The notes beneath the pieces are model-generated. The model was not told the DNA's origin and made no database searches. It saw nothing but the letters and a program-made list of their open reading frames with translations. Source: Thermoanaerobaculia bacterium (GTDB lineage Bacteria > Acidobacteriota > Thermoanaerobaculia > UBA5066). Taken from it: a stretch of 64,000 nt of DNA. The stretch is taken from positions 2,816,001-2,880,000 of the forward strand of contig CAVRAY010000001.1 in the NCBI GenBank assembly GCA_963719225.1. The letters are read 5' to 3'. How positions within the stretch are numbered: position 1 is the stretch's first letter; the number at the start of each line of letters is the position of its first letter. Both the position numbers and the translations under genes were made by a program. This document shows positions 51,000-60,429 of the stretch, piece after piece.

Positions 51000-51109
51000 A
51001 ATTTCTTCGAATGAAAATAGGTTAAAGGCTAAGATTGCCTAATGATCGCCCCGCCATAGCCATCTGTACACCTAGGGCCCGAATTTAGTAAGGCACTTTC
51101 GAAGAAATC
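51000..51109. repeat. Convergent motif pair in AT-rich intergenic region (cores 51003-51011 + and 51098-51106 -)
   Basis: AATTTCTTCGAATG and GATTTCTTCGAAAGTG (rev); 95 bp apart. Confidence 0.7.
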
Positions 51110-51132
51110 CCTTCTTTTTTCTGGTTCTTATC

Positions 51133-51161
51133 TTGATTTCTACGATTTTAGGTTCTAAGCT
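51133..51161 (+). promoter_or_regulatory. Sigma70-type promoter
   Basis: TTGATT-17 bp-TAAGCT upstream of the TPR gene. Confidence 0.55.
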
Positions 51162-51223
51162 CTCCCCAACATATCGTGGGTCACAGATCAGCTCCCACAA
51201 CCCGTGAACGGTCAGGAGAGCGA

Positions 51224-51658
51224 ATGATCGAAAAGCTGTTCCGGTCTTTCCGGTCGCCCTTCAGCGCAACCTCCCGCGAGGACTTCACCCTCGAGGAGGA
51301 GGTCGCGCTTTACCGCCACCGCGCGGAAGTCGCGCTCGAAGAGGAACGCTACAACGACGCCCTCGTATTTCTCGCGAAGATCCTGCGGCTCAATCCCTAC
51401 GATCTGCAGGCGCGGATGACCGTCGCCCACACGTACCATTACGCGCTGAGCGAGCCGACGAAGGCCCTCCTCACGTACGAGAAGGTCGTCGCGGCGTCCG
51501 GTTACGACGAGTCGAATTCCTATGCCGTCGCGGCCCGCGAAGGCATTCGCGAGCTGGAGGGAGCGATCGACACGGCGGTCCTTCCCCTCGACGAGCTCAT
51601 GGAAGAGGACGAATCCCTCGAAGACGACGGCGGTCGCGTCCACAACGTCGCCGGATAG
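51224..51658 (+). CDS. TPR-repeat protein with acidic tail
   Basis: YNDALVFLAKILRLNP..., A...YEKV TPR pattern; AGGAG RBS. Confidence 0.75.
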   Translation: MIEKLFRSFRSPFSATSREDFTLEEEVALYRHRAEVALEEERYNDALVFLAKILRLNPYDLQARMTVAHTYHYALSEPTKALLTYEKVVAASGYDESNSYAVAAREGIRELEGAIDTAVLPLDELMEEDESLEDDGGRVHNVAG

Positions 51659-51769
51659 CGGGCTTCCCCCGAATCCCTTTTCTTCCATCCTTTCAAGTCG
51701 CCATCGACCCGCTCCCGCGGGCCGGTGACGACGTTGACGCGCCGGCCGGAGCCGATGTTAAGATCGAAC

Positions 51770-52528
51770 GTGCCCCGGCTGGCGACCTCCTCCCCCCCTC
51801 ACGCCGTCGCCGTCATCCCCTCCCGCTACGGGGCGGAGCGCTTTCCGGGTAAGCCGCTCCATCCGATCGCCGGAATTCCCATGGTCCTACGGGTCCTCGA
51901 GCGCGCGCGCGCGGCGAGACGGATTTCGACGGTCCTCGTCGCGACAGACGACGAGAGGATCGCGCGAGCGGTCGAAACCGCCGGAGGCCGGGCAGTGATG
52001 ACGGACCCGGCGTTGCCGTCGGGCACGGACCGGGTCTGGGCGGCCGTGAAAGACCTGGAAGTGGATGTCGTCCTGAACGTGCAGGGGGACGAGCCTCTGA
52101 TGGATCCCGAGAACATCGACCGCGTGGCGGGTTTTCTCCTGGAGCATCCGGAGTTTCCGCTGGCGACGGTCGCGCTTCCCATCGACGACCCAGCCGAGAT
52201 CGCGAATCCGAACAACGTCAAGGTCGTGCGCGGCGACGACGGCAGGGCTCTCTACTTTTCGCGCGCCGCTCTCCCCTACCGCCGGAGGCCCGAGACCGCG
52301 CTGCCGACGCTCAAGCACCTCGGCCTCTACGGCTACCGCAAGGACGCGCTGAGGCGCTGGACGAGCCTGCCTCAGCACGCCCTCGAGCGCGCCGAGAGCC
52401 TCGAGCAGCTCCGCGCGCTCGCGGCGGGAATGGCGATGGCGGTGCTGGACGCGGCCAGCGACTCGATCGGAGTGGACACGGAAGAAGATGCAAAGAGAGT
52501 AGAAGAGATTCTTCTCGCGGAGGTGTAG
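51770..52528 (+). CDS. kdsB: 3-deoxy-manno-octulosonate cytidylyltransferase
   Basis: IPSRY...[26 protein letters not shown]. Confidence 0.96.
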   Translation: MPRLATSSPPHAVAVIPSRYGAERFPGKPLHPIAGIPMVLRVLERARAARRISTVLVATDDERIARAVETAGGRAVMTDPALPSGTDRVWAAVKDLEVDVVLNVQGDEPLMDPENIDRVAGFLLEHPEFPLATVALPIDDPAEIANPNNVKVVRGDDGRALYFSRAALPYRRRPETALPTLKHLGLYGYRKDALRRWTSLPQHALERAESLEQLRALAAGMAMAVLDAASDSIGVDTEEDAKRVEEILLAEV

Positions 52529-52529
52529 G

Positions 52530-54221
52530 GTGGGAACCAAATACATTTTCATCACCGGCGGCGTGGTCTCGGGCCTCGGCAAGGGCATCGCCGCGGCGTC
52601 GATGGGCGCGCTCCTGGAAGCGCGGGGGTTCCGCGTCACTCTCCAGAAGTTCGACCCCTACCTGAACGTGGATCCCGGCACGATGTCGCCGTTCCAGCAC
52701 GGCGAGGTCTACGTGACCGACGACGGCGCCGAGACCGACCTCGACCTCGGGCACTACGAGCGGTTCACCTCCGCCGTCACCGGGAAGGCGAACAGCGTGA
52801 CGACCGGAAAGATCTATCTCTCGGTCATCGAGAAGGAGCGCCGCGGCGACTTCCTCGGGAAGACGGTTCAGGTCATTCCGCACATCACGGACGAGATCAA
52901 AGACTGCATCCGCCGCGTCGCGGGCGACAACGACGTCGTCCTCGTCGAGATCGGCGGCACCGTCGGCGACATCGAGTCTCTGCCGTTCCTCGAGGCGATC
53001 CGCCAGTTCCGCCAGGACGTGGGCCGCGGCAACGCGATCAACGTGCATCTCACGCTCGTGCCGCACATCGCGGCGTCCGACGAGCTGAAGACGAAGCCCA
53101 CGCAGCACTCCGTCAAGGAGCTTCTCTCCATCGGGATCCAGCCGGACATCCTCCTCTGCCGGGCCGACCGCTCCATTCCCGAGGAGATGAAGAAGAAGAT
53201 CGCGCTCTTCTGCAACGTGGACGAGCGGGCCGTCATCACGGCGCGCGACGTCCCGTCGATCTACGAGGTGCCGCTCGCGTTCGCGCGCGAGGGGCTCGAC
53301 GAGATCCTCCTCGACTACCTCTCCCTTCCCCACTACGACCGCGACCTCGCGAAGTGGGATTCGATCGTGAACCGCGTCAAGAACCCCCAGGAGGAGGTCA
53401 CGATCGCGTTCGTGGGCAAGTACGTGCAGCTCGGGGACAGCTACAAGTCCCTGAACGAGGCGCTCCACCACGGCGGCATCGCGAACAACGTGAAGGTCAG
53501 GATCTCGTTCGTCGATTCCGAGGAGCTGGAGACGGCCGGCTTCCCCGAGACGCTCGCCCGCGCGGACGCGATCCTCGTGGGGCCGGGCTTCGGCCGGCGC
53601 GGCATCGAAGGGAAGCTGAAGGCGATCCGACTCGCGCGTGAAACGAAGGTCCCGTTCTTCGGAATCTGTCTCGGGCTTCAATGCGCCGTCATCGAATACG
53701 CGCGGAACGTCTGCGGCATCAAGGACGCGAACTCGACGGAGTTCGAGCCGAACGCGCCGCACAAGGTCATCTTCATGCTGCGCGACCTCATCGGGGTCGA
53801 AGCGCTCGGCGGCACGATGCGTCTCGGGAAGTACCCGTGCGACCTCGCGGAGGGCACGCTCGCGCGGCGCGCGTACGGCGAACCGACGATCTGGGAGCGC
53901 CACCGTCACCGCTACGAGGTGAACCAGGAGTACCTGCCGGCGCTGCGCGACGCCGGCATGACGTTCTGCGGCATGTCGCCGGACCGGAAGTTCGTGGAGA
54001 TGATCGAGCTCTCCGACCACCCGTGGTTCCTCGGCTGCCAGTTCCACCCCGAGTTCAAGAGCAAGCCCACCGCGCCGCACCCGCTCTTCAAGGACTTCGT
54101 CCGCGCCGCCCGCGCCCACAAGCACGCGCGGCAGGAAGGTGTCGACAAGAAGAGCGCCGAGCTGGTGCCCGCCGTCGTCGCGCCGGCGAACCTTCCGACC
54201 CCGAACGGCCAGTCGGCGTGA
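52530..54221 (+). CDS. pyrG: CTP synthase
   Basis: [37 protein letters not shown]. Confidence 0.99.
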   Translation: MGTKYIFITGGVVSGLGKGIAAASMGALLEARGFRVTLQKFDPYLNVDPGTMSPFQHGEVYVTDDGAETDLDLGHYERFTSAVTGKANSVTTGKIYLSVIEKERRGDFLGKTVQVIPHITDEIKDCIRRVAGDNDVVLVEIGGTVGDIESLPFLEAIRQFRQDVGRGNAINVHLTLVPHIAASDELKTKPTQHSVKELLSIGIQPDILLCRADRSIPEEMKKKIALFCNVDERAVITARDVPSIYEVPLAFAREGLDEILLDYLSLPHYDRDLAKWDSIVNRVKNPQEEVTIAFVGKYVQLGDSYKSLNEALHHGGIANNVKVRISFVDSEELETAGFPETLARADAILVGPGFGRRGIEGKLKAIRLARETKVPFFGICLGLQCAVIEYARNVCGIKDANSTEFEPNAPHKVIFMLRDLIGVEALGGTMRLGKYPCDLAEGTLARRAYGEPTIWERHRHRYEVNQEYLPALRDAGMTFCGMSPDRKFVEMIELSDHPWFLGCQFHPEFKSKPTAPHPLFKDFVRAARAHKHARQEGVDKKSAELVPAVVAPANLPTPNGQSA

Positions 54222-54445
54222 CGGACGTCGTCTCCTTCGACCCGAAGAGCCGCTACGGGAAGACGGCGGAGCGCTGGGGCAACCTTCTCCTCCCGGAGGG
54301 CGCCGCCCGCATCGACACGCGCTTCGCCTTCGAGGGCCAGCCCGGGACGACGTATCGCGTGCTGCGCGAAAACGTCTTCCCGCAGGATCCGGCGAAACGC
54401 CTTTATTACTACCTGCGCACGTCCGACAACCCGAACAACTCCTGA
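54218..54445 (+). CDS. Small hypothetical protein or gene remnant
   Basis: GTGA overlap with the pyrG stop; 75 codons with genome-like codon usage. Confidence 0.45.
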   Translation: MTDVVSFDPKSRYGKTAERWGNLLLPEGAARIDTRFAFEGQPGTTYRVLRENVFPQDPAKRLYYYLRTSDNPNNS

Positions 54446-54452
54446 CGCGCGC

Positions 54453-56720
54453 TCAGGAGCAGAGGGCCGACAGAGCCCGGGAAGCGCGGTCGATCTTCCG
54501 GTAGACGGGGATTCCGCCGCGCTGGAGGACGGCGACGAAATCGTCGTAGAGGCGTCCGGAGTCGACGTTCACGACGAGCGGCTTCTTCGTCGCGCGGAAG
54601 AGGCGCAGCAGCTCCTGGGCGAGCGCGCCCTTCGAAAACAGGTTCTCGGAGTGCGCCCCGAAAGGATCCGGCGCGAGGATGTCGAGCGACGGCGTGACGG
54701 GGATCGGAGACACGAGAAGGGAATCCACGCCGGGATCGTCGAGGAGCGCCGCCGCCGCTTCCACGAACGCGGGTGTCTCCGCCATGGGCGTCGCGTCGAT
54801 GGGGTTCGTCGCATGGGCGATGGCCGGAAGGCACGCGCGAAGACGGGCGAGCGTCGGTTCCGCGAGCGTTGCCGGCGTCAGGCCGTAGAGCTTGTCCAGA
54901 ACGGCCGCGCATTCGAAGCCGGCGTTCGAGAGCACCGCGAGACGCCGGCCCGCGGGCAGCCGGTCGCCGAGCATCGTATAGGCCTTCGTGTAGTCCTCGA
55001 ACATGTCGAGCGACTGCGCGACGAGAACGCCCGCACCCTCGAGAAGCGCTTTCGCGACCGCATAGTCGCCGGCGAGCGAAGCCGTGTGGCTGCGCGTGGC
55101 CTCGGCGCCGAGCGCCGTCTTGCCAGCCTTGAAGAGAATGACGTGGCGTCCCTCCTGCGTGACGCGGCGCGCCACACGCGCGAACCGCTCTCCGTCCATC
55201 GGCGCGAACCCTTCGACGTAGAAGACGAGGAGGCGGATGGTCGCGTCGTCGGCGAAGTACTCGAGGAAATCCGCCGCAGTGAGATCCATCTGGTTGCCGT
55301 ACGAGATCGACGCGCGGGGGAACACGATGCCGTCGAGGTTGCTCGTGAGCGAGACGAGGTACGCCCCGCTCTGGCTGACGGCCACGAGGCCGTCGCCCGG
55401 CGCGTCGTGGAACGGCAGCTTGTACTGAGGAAGGAAGAAGGTGTTGTACTGCCTCTTCGAGACGATGCCGAGGCAGTTGCCGCCCACGAGCACGGGCCCG
55501 CCGTCCGGCCTCGCGTGCGCGGCGGTCAGGGTTCCACGGAGTCGCGCTTCGAGATCGGCGTGGCCCGCCTCGCCGAAGCCGCCCGGAATCAGAATCACGG
55601 ACTCGGCTCGGCCGCGGGCGAGTGCTTCCACGACTTCCGTCGCCGCGGGGGCCGGCACGGAGACGACGGCGAGGTCGACTCTCTCGGGCAGAGCGTCCAC
55701 GGACGGGACGCATGGCACGCCGTCGATCGATTTCTCCTGCGCGTGGACCGCGAAGAGGTGGCCGTAGGCGATGCCGTCGGACTGCTTGAGGTTCCGGAGG
55801 ATGATCCGGCCCGGGTTCATCGCGTGTGCGGAAGCGCCGATGACTGCGGCGCTCCGGGGGGCAAGGAGTCGAGAGATCTTGGAGAGGGGACGCGGCGAAA
55901 GAGCAAGGCGCCGGGAGGAGATCCGCGCCTTCCCGTCCGCGACCACCCATCGCCCATCCGTCGTGAGCAAGAGCGGGTTTACTTCCAGTTCTTCAAGAGT
56001 CGGATTGCCCAGTGAGTTGTCAGGAGAATAGGAGAGAAGATTCTTAGAGAGGTTTTCGAGGCGAACGGCCACCTCGTCGAGCACGAGCGGCGCCTGCGCC
56101 TGCCCTCTATTCCTTTCAAAGAAAATCTTCAACGCCGGATTCTTCTCGACTCCAGCCCGGAGGCCCCGCTCCACCTCTCCGGGCTGCAAGATCACAGTCG
56201 TCGCCCCCGGCGCAAGCTCGCCGTACCACTCGGTCAGAACGCCGCCGAGGCCGAAGACGAGGACGGGCCCGAACGCGGGGTCGTGCTTGAAGGAGAGGAG
56301 CGCCTCGGCCGCGGGTGTGCCGGAGGCGGGAACGAGCTTCTCCACGACGAGGATCCCGAGGCGCTGGGCTGCGGGCCCTCGGCGGGAAACGTTTTCCCAC
56401 ATCGTCCTCGCCGCAGCGATGACCGACGCAGGAGATTTCTTTGAAAATGAGAATCCGCCGACGTCGGACTTGTGGGCGAGATCCGGTGAGACGATCTTGA
56501 GGACGACTTCGTCCCCTCTCGACCCTTCTAAGAAATCTTCAATCTCCGTGGGCACCAGCCCCGGCGCGCCGCTCCAGAAGACGTGTCGCGGCACGTCGAA
56601 GCCCGCCGCGCCGAGCAGCGCGTAGACCTCGTGCTCGAAGAGCGTCGCGCGGCCGTCCGCACGCGCCTTCCGGAGGATCGCCGCCGGTGAAACGGCGTCT
56701 ACCGCGGCCGCTCCGCTCAT
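54453..56720 (-). CDS. ADP-forming acyl-CoA synthetase (ATP-grasp domain N-terminal to CoA-binding domain)
   Basis: VLKIVSPDLAHKSDVGG, DPAFGP, EVNPL, GGNCLG, SQSGA, SHTASLAG. Confidence 0.9.
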   Translation of the reverse strand: MSGAAAVDAVSPAAILRKARADGRATLFEHEVYALLGAAGFDVPRHVFWSGAPGLVPTEIEDFLEGSRGDEVVLKIVSPDLAHKSDVGGFSFSKKSPASVIAAARTMWENVSRRGPAAQRLGILVVEKLVPASGTPAAEALLSFKHDPAFGPVLVFGLGGVLTEWYGELAPGATTVILQPGEVERGLRAGVEKNPALKIFFERNRGQAQAPLVLDEVAVRLENLSKNLLSYSPDNSLGNPTLEELEVNPLLLTTDGRWVVADGKARISSRRLALSPRPLSKISRLLAPRSAAVIGASAHAMNPGRIILRNLKQSDGIAYGHLFAVHAQEKSIDGVPCVPSVDALPERVDLAVVSVPAPAATEVVEALARGRAESVILIPGGFGEAGHADLEARLRGTLTAAHARPDGGPVLVGGNCLGIVSKRQYNTFFLPQYKLPFHDAPGDGLVAVSQSGAYLVSLTSNLDGIVFPRASISYGNQMDLTAADFLEYFADDATIRLLVFYVEGFAPMDGERFARVARRVTQEGRHVILFKAGKTALGAEATRSHTASLAGDYAVAKALLEGAGVLVAQSLDMFEDYTKAYTMLGDRLPAGRRLAVLSNAGFECAAVLDKLYGLTPATLAEPTLARLRACLPAIAHATNPIDATPMAETPAFVEAAAALLDDPGVDSLLVSPIPVTPSLDILAPDPFGAHSENLFSKGALAQELLRLFRATKKPLVVNVDSGRLYDDFVAVLQRGGIPVYRKIDRASRALSALCS
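56038..56127. repeat. Convergent motif pair (cores 56041-56049 + and 56115-56123 -)
   Basis: AGATTCTTAGAGAGG and GATTTTCTTTGAAAGG (rev); 74 bp apart. Confidence 0.7.
56432..56537. repeat. Convergent motif pair (cores 56437-56445 + and 56526-56534 -)
   Basis: GAGATTTCTTTGAAAATG and GATTTCTTAGAAGGGT (rev); 89 bp apart. Confidence 0.7.
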
Positions 56721-56992
56721 CCCGGGAAGCCGCGGAGCTGAAGCTCCATGGCTTCGAGGCCGTCGAGCATCCGCGTGACCTCGACGCACTGGTCGCAGTT
56801 CGCGTGCACGCTCTGGCACGGGACGCCGTCCGACTGGTGCTCGGGACAGCGCGGCTCGCGCGCCATCTGGAAGAGGGCTTCGATGAGCGCCTTCACGCGC
56901 GTCTTCAGCGAGGACTCCGGGACGTCGCGCAGGCCCATGAGCAGGCGGTACTCGGCGGGTGTCAGGGAAACGGGGATCAGGTCCTGGGTCAT
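56717..56992 (-). CDS. Small Cys-rich hypothetical protein
   Basis: GGAGG RBS; C-x9-C-x6-C-x2-C; stop overlaps the ligase start. Confidence 0.65.
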   Translation of the reverse strand: MTQDLIPVSLTPAEYRLLMGLRDVPESSLKTRVKALIEALFQMAREPRCPEHQSDGVPCQSVHANCDQCVEVTRMLDGLEAMELQLRGFPG

Positions 56993-57006
56993 GGTGTCCT
57001 CCGCGT

Positions 57007-58428
57007 TCAGTTCGGAGCCGGCGTGACGGATCGCATCCCCCAGGAGAAGGCCTCTTCGTTCAGGGGAATCAGCGCGCACTTGTCCTTGAGGGCGAGGCGA
57101 ATGGCGGTGCGGAAGGTCTCGGCGGGAAAGAGCCTCGTCGCGGCCTGGAGCGCGCCGAGCGCGACGATGTTCTTCACCATCGCCTTGCCGAGGTCCACGG
57201 CGATCTCGGTGAAGGGCACGCCGAAGACGCGCACGCCGTCGCGGAACGCGGGCGGGTTCTTCACGACGGAGCTGTCGTAGAGGATGGTCCCGCCGACCGG
57301 CACGTCCGGAGCGAACTTCGCGAGGCTCGGGGCGTTGAACGCGACCAGGATCGCGGGATGCGGAGATGCCGGCGACAGGACCTCGTCGGCGCTCACGTGC
57401 ACGTCGGCGTACGAGGTGCCGCCGCGCGACTCGGGCCCGTAGCTCGGGATGTGGGTTGCGTCGTAGCCCTCGTGGATGGCCGCGCGCGTCAGGAGCATCG
57501 CCGCCGTCTGCGCGCCGTCGCCTCCCGCGCCCGCGAGCTTCAGGGCGATGTCCGTGCCGCCGAGATGCGTGGGGAATCCGGCCGCGAAGCGCTCGGGGCG
57601 CTCGGCGGAAGCTCCGATCGCCGCGAGGAGGCTCTCGGCGTCGAAGCGCGGCTTCCCGAGGTGGAACGAGGGCTCTACGACGACGTCCTTCTTCACGCCG
57701 AGCGGGAAGACCGGAAGCATCTTCTCCTTGACCCAGCGCTCCGTCTCCTCGGGCGTCATCCCGAGGTGCGTCGGGCATTCGGCGAGCACCTCGACGAACG
57801 CGAGGCCCCGGTTCTCGGCCTGCAGTTTCACGGCCTTCAGGATGGCTTTCTTCGCCTTCATGCGCTGCTTCGCGTCGAAGAGCGCGACACGCTCGACGTA
57901 CACCGGCCCGTCGAGCCCGGCGACGAGCTCGGCCATCTTCATCGGCTGCCCCATCATGGCCGTGCGGCCTGTCGGGCTCGTGGCGCTCTTCTGGCCGATG
58001 AGCGTCGTCGGCGCCATCTGGCCGCCGGTCATCCCGTAGATCGCGTTGTTCACGAAGATCACGGTGATCGGAGTGCCGAGCTGCGTCGCCGAGACGATCT
58101 CGGCGAGGCCGATGGAGGCGAGGTCGCCGTCTCCCTGATAGCTGATCACGACCGCTTCCGGATTCGCGTACTTGTGGCCGAGAGCTACGGCCGGCGCGCG
58201 CCCGTGGGCGGCCTGCGAGTTCCCGACGTCGAAGTAGTAATAGAGGAAAACAGAGCAGCCGACGGGCGAGATCGCGACCGTGCGGTCCTGGATGCCGAGC
58301 TCCTCGATCGCCTCGGCGAGGTACTTGTGCGCGAGCCCGTGTCCGCAGCCGGGGCAGTAGTGCGTCGCGTGGCTCTTCAGCCCTTCTCCGCCCGCGTGGC
58401 GCTCGAACTTCTCGTAGAAGACGCTCAT
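57007..58428 (-). CDS. 2-oxoacid:ferredoxin oxidoreductase beta+gamma fusion (VorA-like)
   Basis: YCPGCGH, GDGD TPP motif, YGMTGGQ, AGAGGDG, YGPESRGG. Confidence 0.92.
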   Translation of the reverse strand: MSVFYEKFERHAGGEGLKSHATHYCPGCGHGLAHKYLAEAIEELGIQDRTVAISPVGCSVFLYYYFDVGNSQAAHGRAPAVALGHKYANPEAVVISYQGDGDLASIGLAEIVSATQLGTPITVIFVNNAIYGMTGGQMAPTTLIGQKSATSPTGRTAMMGQPMKMAELVAGLDGPVYVERVALFDAKQRMKAKKAILKAVKLQAENRGLAFVEVLAECPTHLGMTPEETERWVKEKMLPVFPLGVKKDVVVEPSFHLGKPRFDAESLLAAIGASAERPERFAAGFPTHLGGTDIALKLAGAGGDGAQTAAMLLTRAAIHEGYDATHIPSYGPESRGGTSYADVHVSADEVLSPASPHPAILVAFNAPSLAKFAPDVPVGGTILYDSSVVKNPPAFRDGVRVFGVPFTEIAVDLGKAMVKNIVALGALQAATRLFPAETFRTAIRLALKDKCALIPLNEEAFSWGMRSVTPAPN

Positions 58429-59816
58429 GCCGGCACCTCCTGGGAAACGCGGACGGCCGCGGCGATCTCGGCCGCCTGCGGCAGGATGCCGCCCGAGTGC
58501 CGGACGCTTTCGATGGCGGGCGGCGCGACGCCTGCCTTCGAGAGGGCGAGGCGAAGCTCGTCCTCGAGCTGGCCGTTGCTGGCTTCGACGACGAGGATCC
58601 TCTTCACGTTGGGCAGGAACGCTTTCAACGCGGCGATGGGGAACGGCCACAGCGTGACCGGACGAAAGAGGCCCACGGGCACGCCCTCCTTGCGCAGCGT
58701 CTCGACCGCGCCCTTCGCCATCCGCGCCGGCGTTCCGAACGCCACGACGAGGGTCGTCGCGTCCGAGCAGGCGAACGCGTCGGACCTCTGCTCGGCTTCC
58801 ATGCGCTTGTATTTCTCGTTCAGGTGCGCGTTGTGGCTCTCGAGATCCTTCTCGTCGAGGTAGATCGAATTGATGAGGTTGCCGCGGTGGGCGGCGTCGC
58901 CGAAGACCGCCCAGTCCGGAAGGCCGGGCTGGATCATCGTGTCCGGGAGCACGACCTTGCCCGTCATCTGTCCGAGGTAACCGTCCGCGGCGATGACGAC
59001 CGGATTCCGGTAGCGGAACGACAGCTCGAAGGCAAGCCGCGTGAGGTCGAGCATTTCCTGCGGCGTCGAGGGGGCGAGGACGATCGCGTGCGTGTTTCCG
59101 TGGCCGAGGCCGCGGCACGCGAGCTTCACGTCGGCCTGCTCGGGGGCGATGTTTCCGAGGCCGGGCCCGCCGCGCATCACGTTCACGAACACGCCCGGCA
59201 CCTCGGCGCCGATCATGTAGGAGATGCCCTCGAGCATGAGGCTGAAGCCGGGCGACGAGGTGAACGTCATGCAGGGAAGGCCTGCGCCGCCGCAGCCGTA
59301 CATCATGTTCACGGTCGCGACCTCGCTCACCGCCTGCAGGAAGACGCCATCCAGCTTCGGCATCAGCTTCGCCATCAGCTCGGCGCCTTCGGTGGAAGGC
59401 GTGATCGGATAGCCGAAGACGTGACGGCAGCCTGCGACGAGCGCGCCGATCGCCGCGGCGTAGTTGCCTTTCAGGACGAGCGGCGCGACGGACGGCAAGG
59501 GAACTTCTCGAGGAGGAATGGGCGCCGGTCGGGGCGGGGCCGCCCGGGTTCCGAACAGCTTTTCCGGGTCCTGGAGCTCGAAGTCGCCTTCCGGCTGCGG
59601 CCTCAAGCCGTATGGCTCGGGGCACGCGTCGAGACACAGCCCGCAGCCGTTGCAGGCCTCGAGATTCAGCGCGACCGGCACGAGGCCCGTTCGCGGATCG
59701 ATCTCGCGGCCCGCCGTGATGCAGTCCTTCGCGCACGCGTCGATGCAACGGCCGCAGCCTTTGCAGAACTCCGGCAGAAGGAAGGGTTTGGGGCGTTCCC
59801 TGAGCGCAGTGGGCAT
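58425..59816 (-). CDS. 2-oxoacid:ferredoxin oxidoreductase delta(ferredoxin)+alpha fusion (VorB-like)
   Basis: CKGCGRC..AC, CNGCGLC..ACP; GYPITP, TSSPG, MRGGPGLG. Confidence 0.92.
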   Translation of the reverse strand: MPTALRERPKPFLLPEFCKGCGRCIDACAKDCITAGREIDPRTGLVPVALNLEACNGCGLCLDACPEPYGLRPQPEGDFELQDPEKLFGTRAAPPRPAPIPPREVPLPSVAPLVLKGNYAAAIGALVAGCRHVFGYPITPSTEGAELMAKLMPKLDGVFLQAVSEVATVNMMYGCGGAGLPCMTFTSSPGFSLMLEGISYMIGAEVPGVFVNVMRGGPGLGNIAPEQADVKLACRGLGHGNTHAIVLAPSTPQEMLDLTRLAFELSFRYRNPVVIAADGYLGQMTGKVVLPDTMIQPGLPDWAVFGDAAHRGNLINSIYLDEKDLESHNAHLNEKYKRMEAEQRSDAFACSDATTLVVAFGTPARMAKGAVETLRKEGVPVGLFRPVTLWPFPIAALKAFLPNVKRILVVEASNGQLEDELRLALSKAGVAPPAIESVRHSGGILPQAAEIAAAVRVSQEVPA

Positions 59817-60055
59817 GCGGGAACCTCCACGGTCAAGGTACCCGTCTGGACACCTCTTGCGGTATCCCGCAAATGAATCAGGTCCGTCAAAAAAACGGGT
59901 AAGAGACTCGCTGGCGTTTCCGGTTTTGAGATAGGATCTCGACGGCAATCCAGGAAGAGGGAACAGCTGGTCGTGACGTGGGCTCGTCCCACGTTCCGAT
60001 TCGACACACAGATTTCGTACGACGTCGTGACGCGACGAGGAAAGGGCTTTTTTCG

Positions 60056-60428
60056 ATGAGACAGCTCCGCCGCGTGTACGTTTCATCCTTAATTCCGAAC
60101 CTTCTCGTGGCCGCCACCGTCGCCTGTGCGCTCGCGCTGCTCACCCTCCCGCTTTCAGCCGCAACCGGCGAGGCCCTCGTCACGATGGGTCCGTGTCGCG
60201 CCGTGGATACGCGGGGCCCGGCGGGGCCGCACGAGCCTGTGATCGTGAGAATCCGGGTCTCGTTCGCGCCGAGCGCTGGACCTCCGAGTGGCCCCTCTGC
60301 GGAATGCGCCGCCCCGTAGACGCGGCTCGCGTCCGGAAGTTCATGGAAGCCCTCGTGCGACCGGTGCCGCGGCGTCACCCGCGTAGAGCTGCGCGTATCC
60401 GGCGGCCGTCGGGTCGACGACCGTGACG
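60056..60428. pseudogene. Scrambled fragments of a secreted PCRxxDTR-domain gene and of a nucleotidyltransferase-like gene start
   Basis: + strand: signal peptide...PCRAVDTRGPAG; - strand pieces GPLGGPALGANETRILTITGSCG and VTVVDPTAAGYAQLYAGD; + strand piece AECAAP*/MRRPVDAARVRKFMEAL. Confidence 0.6.
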
Positions 60429-60429
60429 G

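Noticed and set aside
31-56537. Reading the TTC-N3-GAA motif as a LexA/SOS box, CRISPR repeat or IS terminal repeat
   Set aside because: The sites are mostly intragenic and in non-SOS genes, are not in regular arrays, and have no conserved interior, target duplications or nearby transposase
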